64,000 nt of DNA from a virus: IMG/VR virus record IMGVR_UViG_3300042892_003562, positions 1 to 64,000 of that record. One strand, 5' to 3'. The notes under the pieces are model-generated. The model did no database searches. It was not told the origin of the DNA and saw only the letters and a list, made by a program, of their open reading frames with translations. Within the stretch, counting starts at the first letter, position 1, and each line of letters starts with the position of its first letter. The translations under genes and the position numbers were made by a program. Positions 8,907 through 17,191 of this stretch are shown in pieces.

Positions 8907-9190
8907 TGTCTGAAACATACGCAGTTAAAGGAGCCGTCAAGTTTGTCGGCGAAATGGAAACCCTCGGAGCCAAAGGCTTCACCAAGCGCGAGCTCATCGT
9001 CACCACCTCCGACGACAAATACCCGCAGGACCTCAAGATCGAGTTTGTCAAAGACAACTGCTCGAAGCTTGACGACATCAGCGAGGGCGACGAAGTCACG
9101 GTGAGCGTCAACCTCCGTGGCAGCGAATACAACGGCAAGTATTACGTCAGCCTGACCGGCTGGAAGATCGAGAAAGGCGAACCCTTCTAA
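8906..9190 (+). CDS. DUF3127-like OB-fold single-stranded DNA-binding protein
   Basis: GFTKRELIV...KYPQDLKIEF.KD...GDEVTVSVNLRGSEYNGKYYVSLTGWKIE. Confidence 0.75.
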   Translation: MSETYAVKGAVKFVGEMETLGAKGFTKRELIVTTSDDKYPQDLKIEFVKDNCSKLDDISEGDEVTVSVNLRGSEYNGKYYVSLTGWKIEKGEPF

Positions 9191-9193
9191 ATT

Positions 9194-9661
9194 ATGACAC
9201 TCCATCAAGTCAGCACGGCCAAGGATGGAGAAAGCTTCACCGCCATCGGCGTGGTGGTTGTCCACAAGCAGTTCAACCCCAAGATCTCGAAGAACGGCAA
9301 GCTGTTTTCCAGCGTCATCCTCAAGAGCGCGGGCACCGAGGTGTTCATGACCGTGTGGGATGACGCGGCGAAGGTCAAACTGCCGCTCAACACCGACATC
9401 ACCCTCCGTGGCAAGTTCACCAAAAACCAATACAACGGCGCGGCCAGCCTCAAGTGCGAGGAACTGGTCGTGCCGGAAGGGGCGACGGAGTGGAAGCCGG
9501 AGGAAATCCAAGGCGCTGCGGAAACCCCGAAGATGAAGGACTGCATCGACGCCGGGATCAGGGCGGCGGACTACATGGTCCGCAAGGAACGCCCAGACCT
9601 CGCGTCAGCCGCTTTCACATTCGCAGCCAACGCGTTCATTCAAGGAATCCGCATGGAATGA
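9194..9661 (+). CDS. OB-fold nucleic-acid-binding protein
   Basis: SKNGKLFSSVILK...MTVWD...LRGKFTKNQYNG beta pattern typical of OB folds. Confidence 0.5.
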   Translation: MTLHQVSTAKDGESFTAIGVVVVHKQFNPKISKNGKLFSSVILKSAGTEVFMTVWDDAAKVKLPLNTDITLRGKFTKNQYNGAASLKCEELVVPEGATEWKPEEIQGAAETPKMKDCIDAGIRAADYMVRKERPDLASAAFTFAANAFIQGIRME

Positions 9662-10300
9662 TTCTCCGCCCCCGGCGTTAACCGGTTGGGGGACAGATCC
9701 GGAGAAACACGGTTCGGGGTCTGGACCCGTATGCCAGAGCATTTGACGGCCATTAGCGCAAGAGACCGTTCGTGCAGATCACACCAGCACGTTAAAAAAG
9801 AGAAGAGTGTGACGGGACCAACCTGACGAGCAGGTGGCGTGGTCGAGAAGACGCAGGTGCAGCGCATGGCATCACCGGACACTGTCACCGGACTAAAAGT
9901 CGGAAGGTTGGCTTAGAAGCAGCCATGGGGAATCAGCACCCCTTTTCCTCTAAGGAGTGGGATACCGGGTATCACCTCCCGCGTTTGAGCTACCTGTAAG
10001 CGATGCGGGAAGGGTGAACGAGATGCCGGAGACCCTTTGGCGTAACAGCACACCGACACCATCTTTGAGCATGAGAAGCGCCTAGGCGTTAAGCGTAGAA
10101 AGCCGCCTCGCGAACGGCCATGCTCACCCACTCTCCGGCGCGTGTGCGCAGATGAAGCCAACATACTCCACTCTGAGAAATCAGGGGGCGTGAGGTAATG
10201 GGGTTGATTCAAATGTCGGGTTCAGTCCCGAGCGCGTTCGGACCACGTATCCGTGTCTGTATGACGGAAGGCGACTGGGCAACCTGCCAAAACGGGGGCC
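9662..10300 (+). ncRNA. multi-domain ncRNA cluster with a 23S rRNA H43/H44 mimic (9899-10057) and a tRNA-like domain (10134-10245)
   Basis: 640-nt gap without a credible CDS; consecutive closed stems separated by short AC-rich linkers; GGTTGGCTTAGAAGCAGCCAT and GCGTAACAGC match 23S GAC loops. Confidence 0.75.
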
Positions 10301-10323
10301 TCACTTTAGCCTGACTAAAACCA

Positions 10324-10587
10324 ATGAACACCCGCACCATCTACCTCATCTACGTCCGTCCCACAGGGTCGGAAACATGGACCCAGCACATGAAAGAATC
10401 GGGCGTCCCGTGGCGCTCCAGCAAGCCGTCAACCGCCGACGAATACGCCGTCACCCTTGCCAACAGCAGCAAGTATTGCACCAAGGTGGTGGCAGTGAAG
10501 CTGCCGAAAGACCCAGACGACATCGACCATCCGAAATACGCAGTGCTCTCGGACGGAGACACGCTCTACGTCGCCAACCCGTTCTAG
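10324..10587 (+). CDS. hypothetical protein
   Basis: ORF 4 nt after motif 10305-10319. Confidence 0.6.
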   Translation: MNTRTIYLIYVRPTGSETWTQHMKESGVPWRSSKPSTADEYAVTLANSSKYCTKVVAVKLPKDPDDIDHPKYAVLSDGDTLYVANPF

Positions 10588-10753
10588 GCCATGACCTTCC
10601 TCGTCGATCCTGAATATGGCAATCACAACGGTGACAACCTCGTCTATTGCGAAGACGACGAATACGACGAGAACGCCTGCTTCAACTGGGTGAACCACCC
10701 GGTGAGACAACTCTACGACAATCCCAAAACCCAATTCCATCCATCCAACCCCT

Positions 10754-11035
10754 ATGAAGAAGAACCGAACCCCGAGCACCCTTCCGAAGATCCCCTGTGG
10801 AGACCAACTGCGCGAGGCGTGGCTGGAAGCCGTCGAACTGCACGCCATCGTAGCCAAGCTCCTTGGTGACTTGGACAGTGCGGTGACGCTTGCGAACGAC
10901 GAAAAGCCTGACGCGAAGGTGGAGGCCAAGGAGGCCAAGGAAGCCATTCACGACCTGACCGTCAAGGCTCTGGCCATCCGCGACATGATCACCGTGTGGC
11001 AAGCGTGGGCCTCGGAAAGCTCCGACATCGACTGA
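10754..11035 (+). CDS. hypothetical protein
   Basis: 93-aa helical ORF with phage-like codon usage. Confidence 0.5.
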   Translation: MKKNRTPSTLPKIPCGDQLREAWLEAVELHAIVAKLLGDLDSAVTLANDEKPDAKVEAKEAKEAIHDLTVKALAIRDMITVWQAWASESSDID

Positions 11036-11128
11036 CATGACCGCCAAGCAAATCCGCAAGTGCCAAGACGAGATGATCCGTCTCCGTCTGAAGTGGCTCG
11101 ACGAGAAAATCCGTAACAACCGAAGAAA

Positions 11129-11374
11129 ATGAACAACATCCTTGAAGAAGTATTCCTCCATTCCGACGTGCGGGGCGGCTATGCCGTCGGCTTCCAGATA
11201 TACGGCGCTGGAGGCGTCGGAGACAGGATTGGCTACATAGTGAAGCACCAACATCTAGGACACGTCCTAGGCGTCACGGAGGGACTCAATACGCCGCATC
11301 TCTCGCCTTCGCACTTGAAGACCATCGCCGAACGGCTACAAACCCTCAATGAGCGCCAAGAAAAAGCCCGTTAA
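11129..11374 (+). CDS. hypothetical protein
   Basis: 81-aa ORF. Confidence 0.45.
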   Translation: MNNILEEVFLHSDVRGGYAVGFQIYGAGGVGDRIGYIVKHQHLGHVLGVTEGLNTPHLSPSHLKTIAERLQTLNERQEKAR

Positions 11375-11441
11375 ACGCCGAACTGACATCACCCGTCCTC
11401 GAAACGGTGGACAATGGTCGGAAGCGATAATACAGGCTTGA
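11349..11441 (+). pseudogene. orphaned 5' fragment of the endonuclease gene continued at 11903-12370
   Basis: MSAKKKPVKRRTDITRPRNGGQWSEAIIQA*; RPxNGGQW recurs downstream of the HNH insertion. Confidence 0.55.
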
Positions 11442-11472
11442 CTGGAGCGAAGCTGTTCTTTACATCATTCAA

Positions 11473-12000
11473 ATGATCACCAATAAAATCGCATCCATTT
11501 ATTTCTCATACAATCCGGAATCAGGAGTGATTACAAGGATTGCTCCAACGATCCGGAAAAATGGAAGGTCTCATTCACAAGGAATAGGACAGCCATGCGA
11601 AGCCATAATGAATAGTGGATATTTATACACATCCATATCCCATGAAGGGAGAAAATGGAGAATCCTTGCTCATCGTTTAGCGTGGTTACTCCATTATGGA
11701 GTTCATCCTGAAAATCAAGTTGATCACATCAACGGAAAACGCGACGATAATAGAGTCTCAAACTTAAGAGCCGCAACCAACAGAGAAAATCAATGCAATC
11801 GGCACAAAAAAGTAGGCATGAGTAAAGATTTGCCAATCGGAGTCTACAGAATCACTCGAAAAGGAAGACCCGGAATCTGGTATGCAGTTCACCTAGAAAT
11901 CAATGGACAAAGAAAAAGCACTTCAAAAAGATGCCTCCAAGCCGCGATTGAAACACGCAAAGACTGGGAAAAGAAATACTTCAATCGAGAGGCCGTATAA
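11473..12000 (+). CDS. HNH homing endonuclease (HNH_3 type with AP2-like C-terminus)
   Basis: YNPESG, AHRLAWLLHYG, VDHINGKRDDNRVSNLRAATNRENQCN, GVY...WYA; AT-rich. Confidence 0.88.
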   Translation: MITNKIASIYFSYNPESGVITRIAPTIRKNGRSHSQGIGQPCEAIMNSGYLYTSISHEGRKWRILAHRLAWLLHYGVHPENQVDHINGKRDDNRVSNLRAATNRENQCNRHKKVGMSKDLPIGVYRITRKGRPGIWYAVHLEINGQRKSTSKRCLQAAIETRKDWEKKYFNREAV

Positions 12001-12370
12001 TGGAGGACAATGGACTCGCGCCAGAATGACCTCCTTCATCAAAAGCGCCTTGCGCGGAGCCCGCTGGCCGCAAAAATACGAGTGCATCAAGGCGGCGTTC
12101 GTCGAGCACGGGATCAATCCGGCCACCGGCCACAAGTGCAAGTTGCACAAATGCCCAGAATGCCAAGGGTTGTTCCCGCAAAACATGATGCACGCCGACC
12201 ACATTGTTCCCGTCGTTGGACCGGAAGGTTTCAAGACATGGGACCTGTTCATCGAGCGGTTGTTTTGCGAAGCGGACGGCTTCCGCGCCCTCTGCAAACC
12301 CTGTCACAACCTCCAAACCTCAAAGGAACGCGCCGGACGCACCTTTGAAAAGCTTCTCTTCCCTCTTTAG
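11903..12370 (+). CDS. HNH-fold Zn-binding phage endonuclease
   Basis: WTRARMTSFIKSALR, CPEC, HADHIVPVV, IERLFCE, LCKPCH; start uncertain (overlaps the HNH gene). Confidence 0.7.
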   Translation: MDKEKALQKDASKPRLKHAKTGKRNTSIERPYNGGQWTRARMTSFIKSALRGARWPQKYECIKAAFVEHGINPATGHKCKLHKCPECQGLFPQNMMHADHIVPVVGPEGFKTWDLFIERLFCEADGFRALCKPCHNLQTSKERAGRTFEKLLFPL

Positions 12371-12426
12371 CCCGGCTAAAGCCCTTCGGGCTGGGGACCA
12401 TTTTGTATTCTCAGAACACCAACCAA

Positions 12427-13155
12427 TCAACAAACCTTTGATCCTTTTTTAAGGTTGTCAATCCACCACAATGGTTGCAAGTTGCTGAAATGTAATAAGG
12501 GGATTAACGCCTCCAATGTTAATGCCGATGAGATAGGAACGCGATGATCTATGTGCCAACCACGACTCCCATAATTATCCCAAGACATCCCATCAATAAA
12601 ACAGGACTCAATATGATTCTTGAGTTCTTCATAAGAACAGCCCAAATAGCTTTCAGATCCAAGCTTCTTATTCTTCTTAAGAGCGTAATGAATGCGTGAC
12701 CTTGTGTTCAGAGTGATTTTACGAAGATGGCCTCCATTCTCAACCCATTGCTTTCTTCTTTTGTTTATTTCAGGACGATTTCTCGATTGATACTTTCCAA
12801 CCTTAGTTTCCCACTTCTCTGAATAGGCCTTAACCTTTTCTGGATTCGCTCTCCTCCATGCTTTCGCGTATTCCTTTAACTTTTCTTTATTTTCCAATCT
12901 ATATTTCCTTCTTTTATCTGAAATCTTCTCATGATTTTCACTCGCCCAATTGGCGTGATACTCCTTCCTTTTTTCTTTGCTTGTTTTTAATTTCAGCTCA
13001 TCACGATATCTTCTTGAGGCTTCATTCTCATCAAGTTTAATTTTCTGGAACGTTTCTGGATCTGTCCAAAACTCAGATCGTAAACCTCTTCGGCTTTGAT
13101 ACCGAACAAATACTTTTCCGTCCTCACGGACCATCCCACGAATAAAAATCTCCAT
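12427..13155 (-). CDS. HNH homing endonuclease (paralogue of 3218-3820)
   Basis: GMVREDGKVFVRY N-terminus; YLGC...GMSWDNYG..GWHIDHRVP...HFSNLQPLWWIDNLKKG; AT-rich, antisense. Confidence 0.85.
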   Translation of the reverse strand: MEIFIRGMVREDGKVFVRYQSRRGLRSEFWTDPETFQKIKLDENEASRRYRDELKLKTSKEKRKEYHANWASENHEKISDKRRKYRLENKEKLKEYAKAWRRANPEKVKAYSEKWETKVGKYQSRNRPEINKRRKQWVENGGHLRKITLNTRSRIHYALKKNKKLGSESYLGCSYEELKNHIESCFIDGMSWDNYGSRGWHIDHRVPISSALTLEALIPLLHFSNLQPLWWIDNLKKGSKVC

Positions 13156-13216
13156 GAAGAAAAAATACAAAACTTCATGGATTAATCAAATTAATTCCCA
13201 ATAGAAGACCAACACC

Positions 13217-14224
13217 ATGAGCGCAGGACTTACCGCCAGAGACAGACAAACCGGGCTTGAACAGGCATGGCATCGCGAGACGAACATCGTCGACGTCGTG
13301 ACCCGTGAGAATTCAATGCCTTACGAGATCATCGAAGCCCCCATCCAATACCGGGTGTTCGACAACATCGAGGGATTCCCCGTCGAACGGATCATCGAGG
13401 ACACCGAATATAAGCGGCTGATCGCCAGCGACGACTTCCAGCCGATTGGCGAGCCGTTCGCCAAGTCCTACTGCCCCGGTTCCATCGCCGGGTTCTGGGA
13501 AATCATCCGCAAGGGGATGGGAGACACGCCATATCAGGTGGCGAGCGCCGGAACCGTGGACGACCGTTGCAAGCTGTTCGCCTCCATCAAGGTGAACGAG
13601 GGCTTCCACGTCGGCGACCGCGAGTTCAAGGACTACATCACCCTCATCGACTCGTTCGACAAAACCACCTCGTTGCAAGCACGTTACAGCAACATCTGCG
13701 TGGTGTGTGCGAATACTTACGCGATGGTGATGAATTCGGGCAGCCAGCTCGGCAAGGCCAAGCACACCACCTTCATGGAGTTGAACGTCGAACGGCTGAT
13801 CGCCGCCATCGACGCCTTCGCGGGCACCAGCGCTTCCAACAAGGTGATGCTCCAGAAGGCCTACGAGACCCAGTGCAGCCGCGACGAGGCCCGCGCATGG
13901 GTGACAGGCATCGAGGGACGCAACGCCACCGCGTCCGGCCTGACCAACGGCATGTTGCAGAAGACCGCACGCATCATCGAGTTGTTCGACAACGGACGCG
14001 GCAACGAGGGACGCACCCGTCTGGACGCGTTCTCGGCCATGACCGACTTCCACAGCAACGAGTCGACCAACCGCAAGGAGGCCGGATCGCAGCGCTACAC
14101 CAGCGAGTGGGGGGCTTCGGCCCAGACCAAGAACCTCGTGGCCACCCGCTTCGAACAGGACTGGACGACCAACGTCCGCCGTGGAGAGGGACTGCTGGAC
14201 CGCAACCTCGCCCTCACCGCCTGA
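13217..14224 (+). CDS. DUF932-family phage/plasmid protein
   Basis: AWH near N-terminus, SAGTVDD, LIDSFDKTTSL...ICVVCANT, KHT, AFSAMTDFHSN pattern. Confidence 0.72.
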   Translation: MSAGLTARDRQTGLEQAWHRETNIVDVVTRENSMPYEIIEAPIQYRVFDNIEGFPVERIIEDTEYKRLIASDDFQPIGEPFAKSYCPGSIAGFWEIIRKGMGDTPYQVASAGTVDDRCKLFASIKVNEGFHVGDREFKDYITLIDSFDKTTSLQARYSNICVVCANTYAMVMNSGSQLGKAKHTTFMELNVERLIAAIDAFAGTSASNKVMLQKAYETQCSRDEARAWVTGIEGRNATASGLTNGMLQKTARIIELFDNGRGNEGRTRLDAFSAMTDFHSNESTNRKEAGSQRYTSEWGASAQTKNLVATRFEQDWTTNVRRGEGLLDRNLALTA

Positions 14225-14425
14225 AGCCATGAACCCCTCACTCATCGCGCTGGTCTTCATGGGAGACCCGACAGACAACTTCTTCATTGAAGACGCCCCG
14301 GAAGGTCCGCCCGAAAAATGGATTGGGCGTTTCGTCAACAGCGTCGAAGAGGTTGAATTTGTCGAAGTGTGGGAGTTAAAATCGCCATACGCCTACTGGT
14401 CCAACCCCAACTCCAACCCCGAATC

Positions 14426-14737
14426 ATGACCACCAAGATCACCCTCTACAACAACTACGAGTCCCGCTTCAACGGTCTCCCTGAGTCCCTTCCCGAGCTC
14501 ATCCAACGCCTCACCGAAATGCTGGAGACCGTCCCCTCCGAGCTCCACGACGAGGTGGTGTTCGAGATGGTCACCGAATACGAATCCAACTCGGCGGACG
14601 TCGACATCTACTACTATCGGGAAGAAACCCCGGAAGAGGAGGCGAAACGTCTCAACGCTGAAGCCGCTGTCCTCCAAGCTCACAAAGAGCGGAAGCGCCG
14701 CGAATACGAAAAGCTCAAATCAGAATTCGAACCATGA
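14426..14737 (+). CDS. hypothetical protein
   Basis: Re-started at ATG 14426; YYREETPEEEAKR...REYEKLKSEF. Confidence 0.6.
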   Translation: MTTKITLYNNYESRFNGLPESLPELIQRLTEMLETVPSELHDEVVFEMVTEYESNSADVDIYYYREETPEEEAKRLNAEAAVLQAHKERKRREYEKLKSEFEP

Positions 14738-14979
14738 AGAAATACGAAGCCGTCAGGCACGCCGAGGACTGCGTCACCCAGCTCTCCGACCGCAAGGAAG
14801 GGGGCTGGGGGTTCCGCTTCAGGGAGACGCCCGAGTCGCCGTGGCACACCTCTCCGGGGTTTCCACGGGTGGAGGCGCTGCAAGCCCGCAGGGTGCACCT
14901 GATCCGCCACGCGAGACGTCTCCTTGGAAAGCCCGAGGAGTATGAAGAACGAAAGAAAGACTGGACCTCCCACCTATGA
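14734..14979 (+). CDS. hypothetical protein
   Basis: ATGA overlaps. Confidence 0.5.
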   Translation: MKKYEAVRHAEDCVTQLSDRKEGGWGFRFRETPESPWHTSPGFPRVEALQARRVHLIRHARRLLGKPEEYEERKKDWTSHL

Positions 14980-15236
14980 ACACACCCCACACACCCGGAC
15001 CTTGGACGGTTGACGGACAATACATCCGGAGCAGCCAGTTCCACCTCGCCATCATGACACGTCCCGACTCGGGCATGATGGCGGAATGGAGAGCGAACCG
15101 AAACCTGATTGCAGCCGCACCTGATTTGCTGGAAGCGCTTCACAACCTCGTCGCCAGAGGCCTCATCAATCCCGACGGAGACCACTACGACGAAGCTATT
15201 GAAGCCCTCTCCAAAGCCACCGGACAAACTCCTTGA
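14976..15236 (+). CDS. hypothetical phage protein (HTPGPW...ANRNLIAAAPDLLEAL type)
   Basis: Widely seen small phage protein pattern. Confidence 0.65.
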   Translation: MNTPHTPGPWTVDGQYIRSSQFHLAIMTRPDSGMMAEWRANRNLIAAAPDLLEALHNLVARGLINPDGDHYDEAIEALSKATGQTP

Positions 15237-15269
15237 CACCTGTTCACACTTTAGCCTGACTAAACACTC

Positions 15270-16418
15270 ATGACCACACCACACACCGTCTATTTTAACG
15301 AAGCCCCCGTCGACCAGTCCGACTACCCCGCCCTCGCCGAGAAGTTCAAAATCCCTTATGAAGTGGTGTTCCGCTGTGTCGAGGCGCTGGAGAAAACCGG
15401 GGAGGTGCCAATCATGGCGTTTTCCGGTCCAACCAGAGAGCGTGTGAGGGCCTTGGCGATGGCTTTGGGCACTGAGTCCCCGGAAGCCGCTCAGGACGCG
15501 CCACAGGAGCCAGCGGAAGCCCTTGCGGAGCCACCTGCGGAGATTGTCTACGACGCCAAAGACGAACCAACCGAATGGGAACGTGAATCCATTCACTCCC
15601 AGCATGTGAATTCCCCGCAGACAAAGGATTCCAGCGATGTTCAAACTAATTTCGTGACCAAAGACGACGAGTTTGACCCGGAGGAAACCACCGAGCGCGA
15701 CGAGATTGTCGAACACGCGGCCCACGGGCTGATGGAAGCGTTCTCCGACTCGGAAGGCTGCTTCATCATCTCCGACGACGGGTGCTGCCGGATCAATCCG
15801 GACAAGCCGCCGACGATTCAGCACTCGCTGGTCGTCGTTGCCAACGTCCTCAAGCTAAAAGACTTAGGGACCGTGGTGGACGACAAGAGCTCGTGGATGC
15901 TCGGCTCGATCATCTCCTCCTTGGAAGACTTCCACGGCGAGAACTTCTCCGTCTCCCAAGTGTGCGACTCCACCACCAAGGCCTACAACACGGTGGTCAC
16001 CGCCGTCGGCGTGTTCAACGCGTTCAAGCTGAAGCGCTACAAGCTGTCGTTCTCGTCGCACAAGGAGGCGCACTACGCCAAGATCCCGGACGCCCACAAG
16101 AAGCTCATCCTGCACAAGGCCGAAACCTACAAGGTGGGGCCGAAGTCGATCCGGGCGCTGTGCTCCATCGCCAAGACCATGGAGGACGACACCACCATCC
16201 GCAACATCCGCAGCCAGAAGCAGGCGCTCGACCTCATTGCCGCCTACAAGGAGGCCAAGGTCACCTACATCGTTTACGAGGAAGGCGAGTGGACGCGGGT
16301 GAACGGACTGGCCGGTGATCCGCCTGAAGGCAAGATTGTTTTGAACACCAAGGAGTGGACCGCGCAGGTCGGCAACCAAATCCTCCCCATCGCCAAGCGC
16401 AGCACCCTCAAGTCATGA
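15270..16418 (+). CDS. putative LmbU-like DNA-binding regulator
   Basis: C-terminal half SSWMLGSII...AYNTVVTAVGVFNAF...RYKLSFSSHKEA...LHKAE...SIRAL resembles the LmbU consensus as I recall it; acidic N-terminal linker. Confidence 0.45.
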   Translation: MTTPHTVYFNEAPVDQSDYPALAEKFKIPYEVVFRCVEALEKTGEVPIMAFSGPTRERVRALAMALGTESPEAAQDAPQEPAEALAEPPAEIVYDAKDEPTEWERESIHSQHVNSPQTKDSSDVQTNFVTKDDEFDPEETTERDEIVEHAAHGLMEAFSDSEGCFIISDDGCCRINPDKPPTIQHSLVVVANVLKLKDLGTVVDDKSSWMLGSIISSLEDFHGENFSVSQVCDSTTKAYNTVVTAVGVFNAFKLKRYKLSFSSHKEAHYAKIPDAHKKLILHKAETYKVGPKSIRALCSIAKTMEDDTTIRNIRSQKQALDLIAAYKEAKVTYIVYEEGEWTRVNGLAGDPPEGKIVLNTKEWTAQVGNQILPIAKRSTLKS

Positions 16419-16771
16419 TCGAACCCCTCATCCCCCCCGAGCGCGACCTCTCCGGACTGGTCAAATTCTTCAAGACCGCCAACGAGGTGACCGGGACCAT
16501 CCAGAAGGACATCAGCATCGCCCTGCTGAAAGACCCCGCCATGCAGAAGAAGCTCTCGAAGCAGCTGAAGATGTCGGAGAACGACGCACAACTGGAAACC
16601 GACAAGGTGGTGAGGGCGTTCATCGACGAGATGCCGAAAGCGACGATGAACGGCTACAACCTTGTCGGCAAGGTGTTCGCCATGCACGCCAACATCACCG
16701 GAGACCCGACGATGCACGACGTCTTCGACGAGGTGAACCGACAGGTGTTCGAAGAAATGGAAGACCACTGA
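16415..16771 (+). CDS. hypothetical protein
   Basis: Re-started at ATG 16415 (ATGA overlap). Confidence 0.6.
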   Translation: MIEPLIPPERDLSGLVKFFKTANEVTGTIQKDISIALLKDPAMQKKLSKQLKMSENDAQLETDKVVRAFIDEMPKATMNGYNLVGKVFAMHANITGDPTMHDVFDEVNRQVFEEMEDH

Positions 16772-16840
16772 ACAACCAGCTCACGGACGCCTAAGCGTTC
16801 CGTGCAGCTTCATGTTCTCAACTTTAGCCTGACTAAACCT

Positions 16841-17191
16841 ATGGAAACCATCACTCCACTCACCGAATACACAAAGAACCAATACCGGTTCACCCTAATC
16901 CAGCGCAAGGCCAACTGCGCCATTTTCGCGGGAACCAAGCCCGGAGTCAGGGCCGTCAACTATGAGGTGGTCAGACTGCTTATCACCCCGTCAGGCTCCC
17001 GCGTCGTTCACGATCCCAAGACCAACACCGACACCCCAATCCACTGGGACGCCCATGAGCGCCTGCCGGGCGACCGCGAATGGGGAAAGCACGGCTTCAC
17101 CTGCACCACCCTCGAAGCCTCCATCGACAAACTCAACACCCTCACCCAATCAACACTCCCACATGAACCAACGCGACCAGCAATTCTTTGA
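16841..17191 (+). CDS. hypothetical protein
   Basis: Start reassigned to ATG 16841, 3 nt after motif 16823-16837; NYEVV...ERLPGDREWGKHGFT. Confidence 0.6.
   Translation: METITPLTEYTKNQYRFTLIQRKANCAIFAGTKPGVRAVNYEVVRLLITPSGSRVVHDPKTNTDTPIHWDAHERLPGDREWGKHGFTCTTLEASIDKLNTLTQSTLPHEPTRPAIL

Noticed and set aside
9805-9842. Hammerhead core (CTGACGAG) or resemblance to E. coli 23S around nt 2350-2375 (GAGTGTGACGG...CGAGCAGGTG)
   Set aside because: No correctly placed GAAA or three-stem junction; ACCTG/CAGGT forms a simple hairpin; the rRNA similarity is short, recalled from memory and in a variable helix.
9899-10057. Annotating a genuine 23S rRNA gene
   Set aside because: Only 58 nt align, split by two inserts, and the flanks are not rRNA-like; treated as a mimic.
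11442-12000. Group I intron around the HNH genes
   Set aside because: Too little non-coding sequence and no recognisable P/Q/R/S core elements.
12392-13200. Long-range stem enclosing the third HNH (TGGGGA...TTCCCA)
   Set aside because: Only about 6 bp plus a short extension; could be chance.
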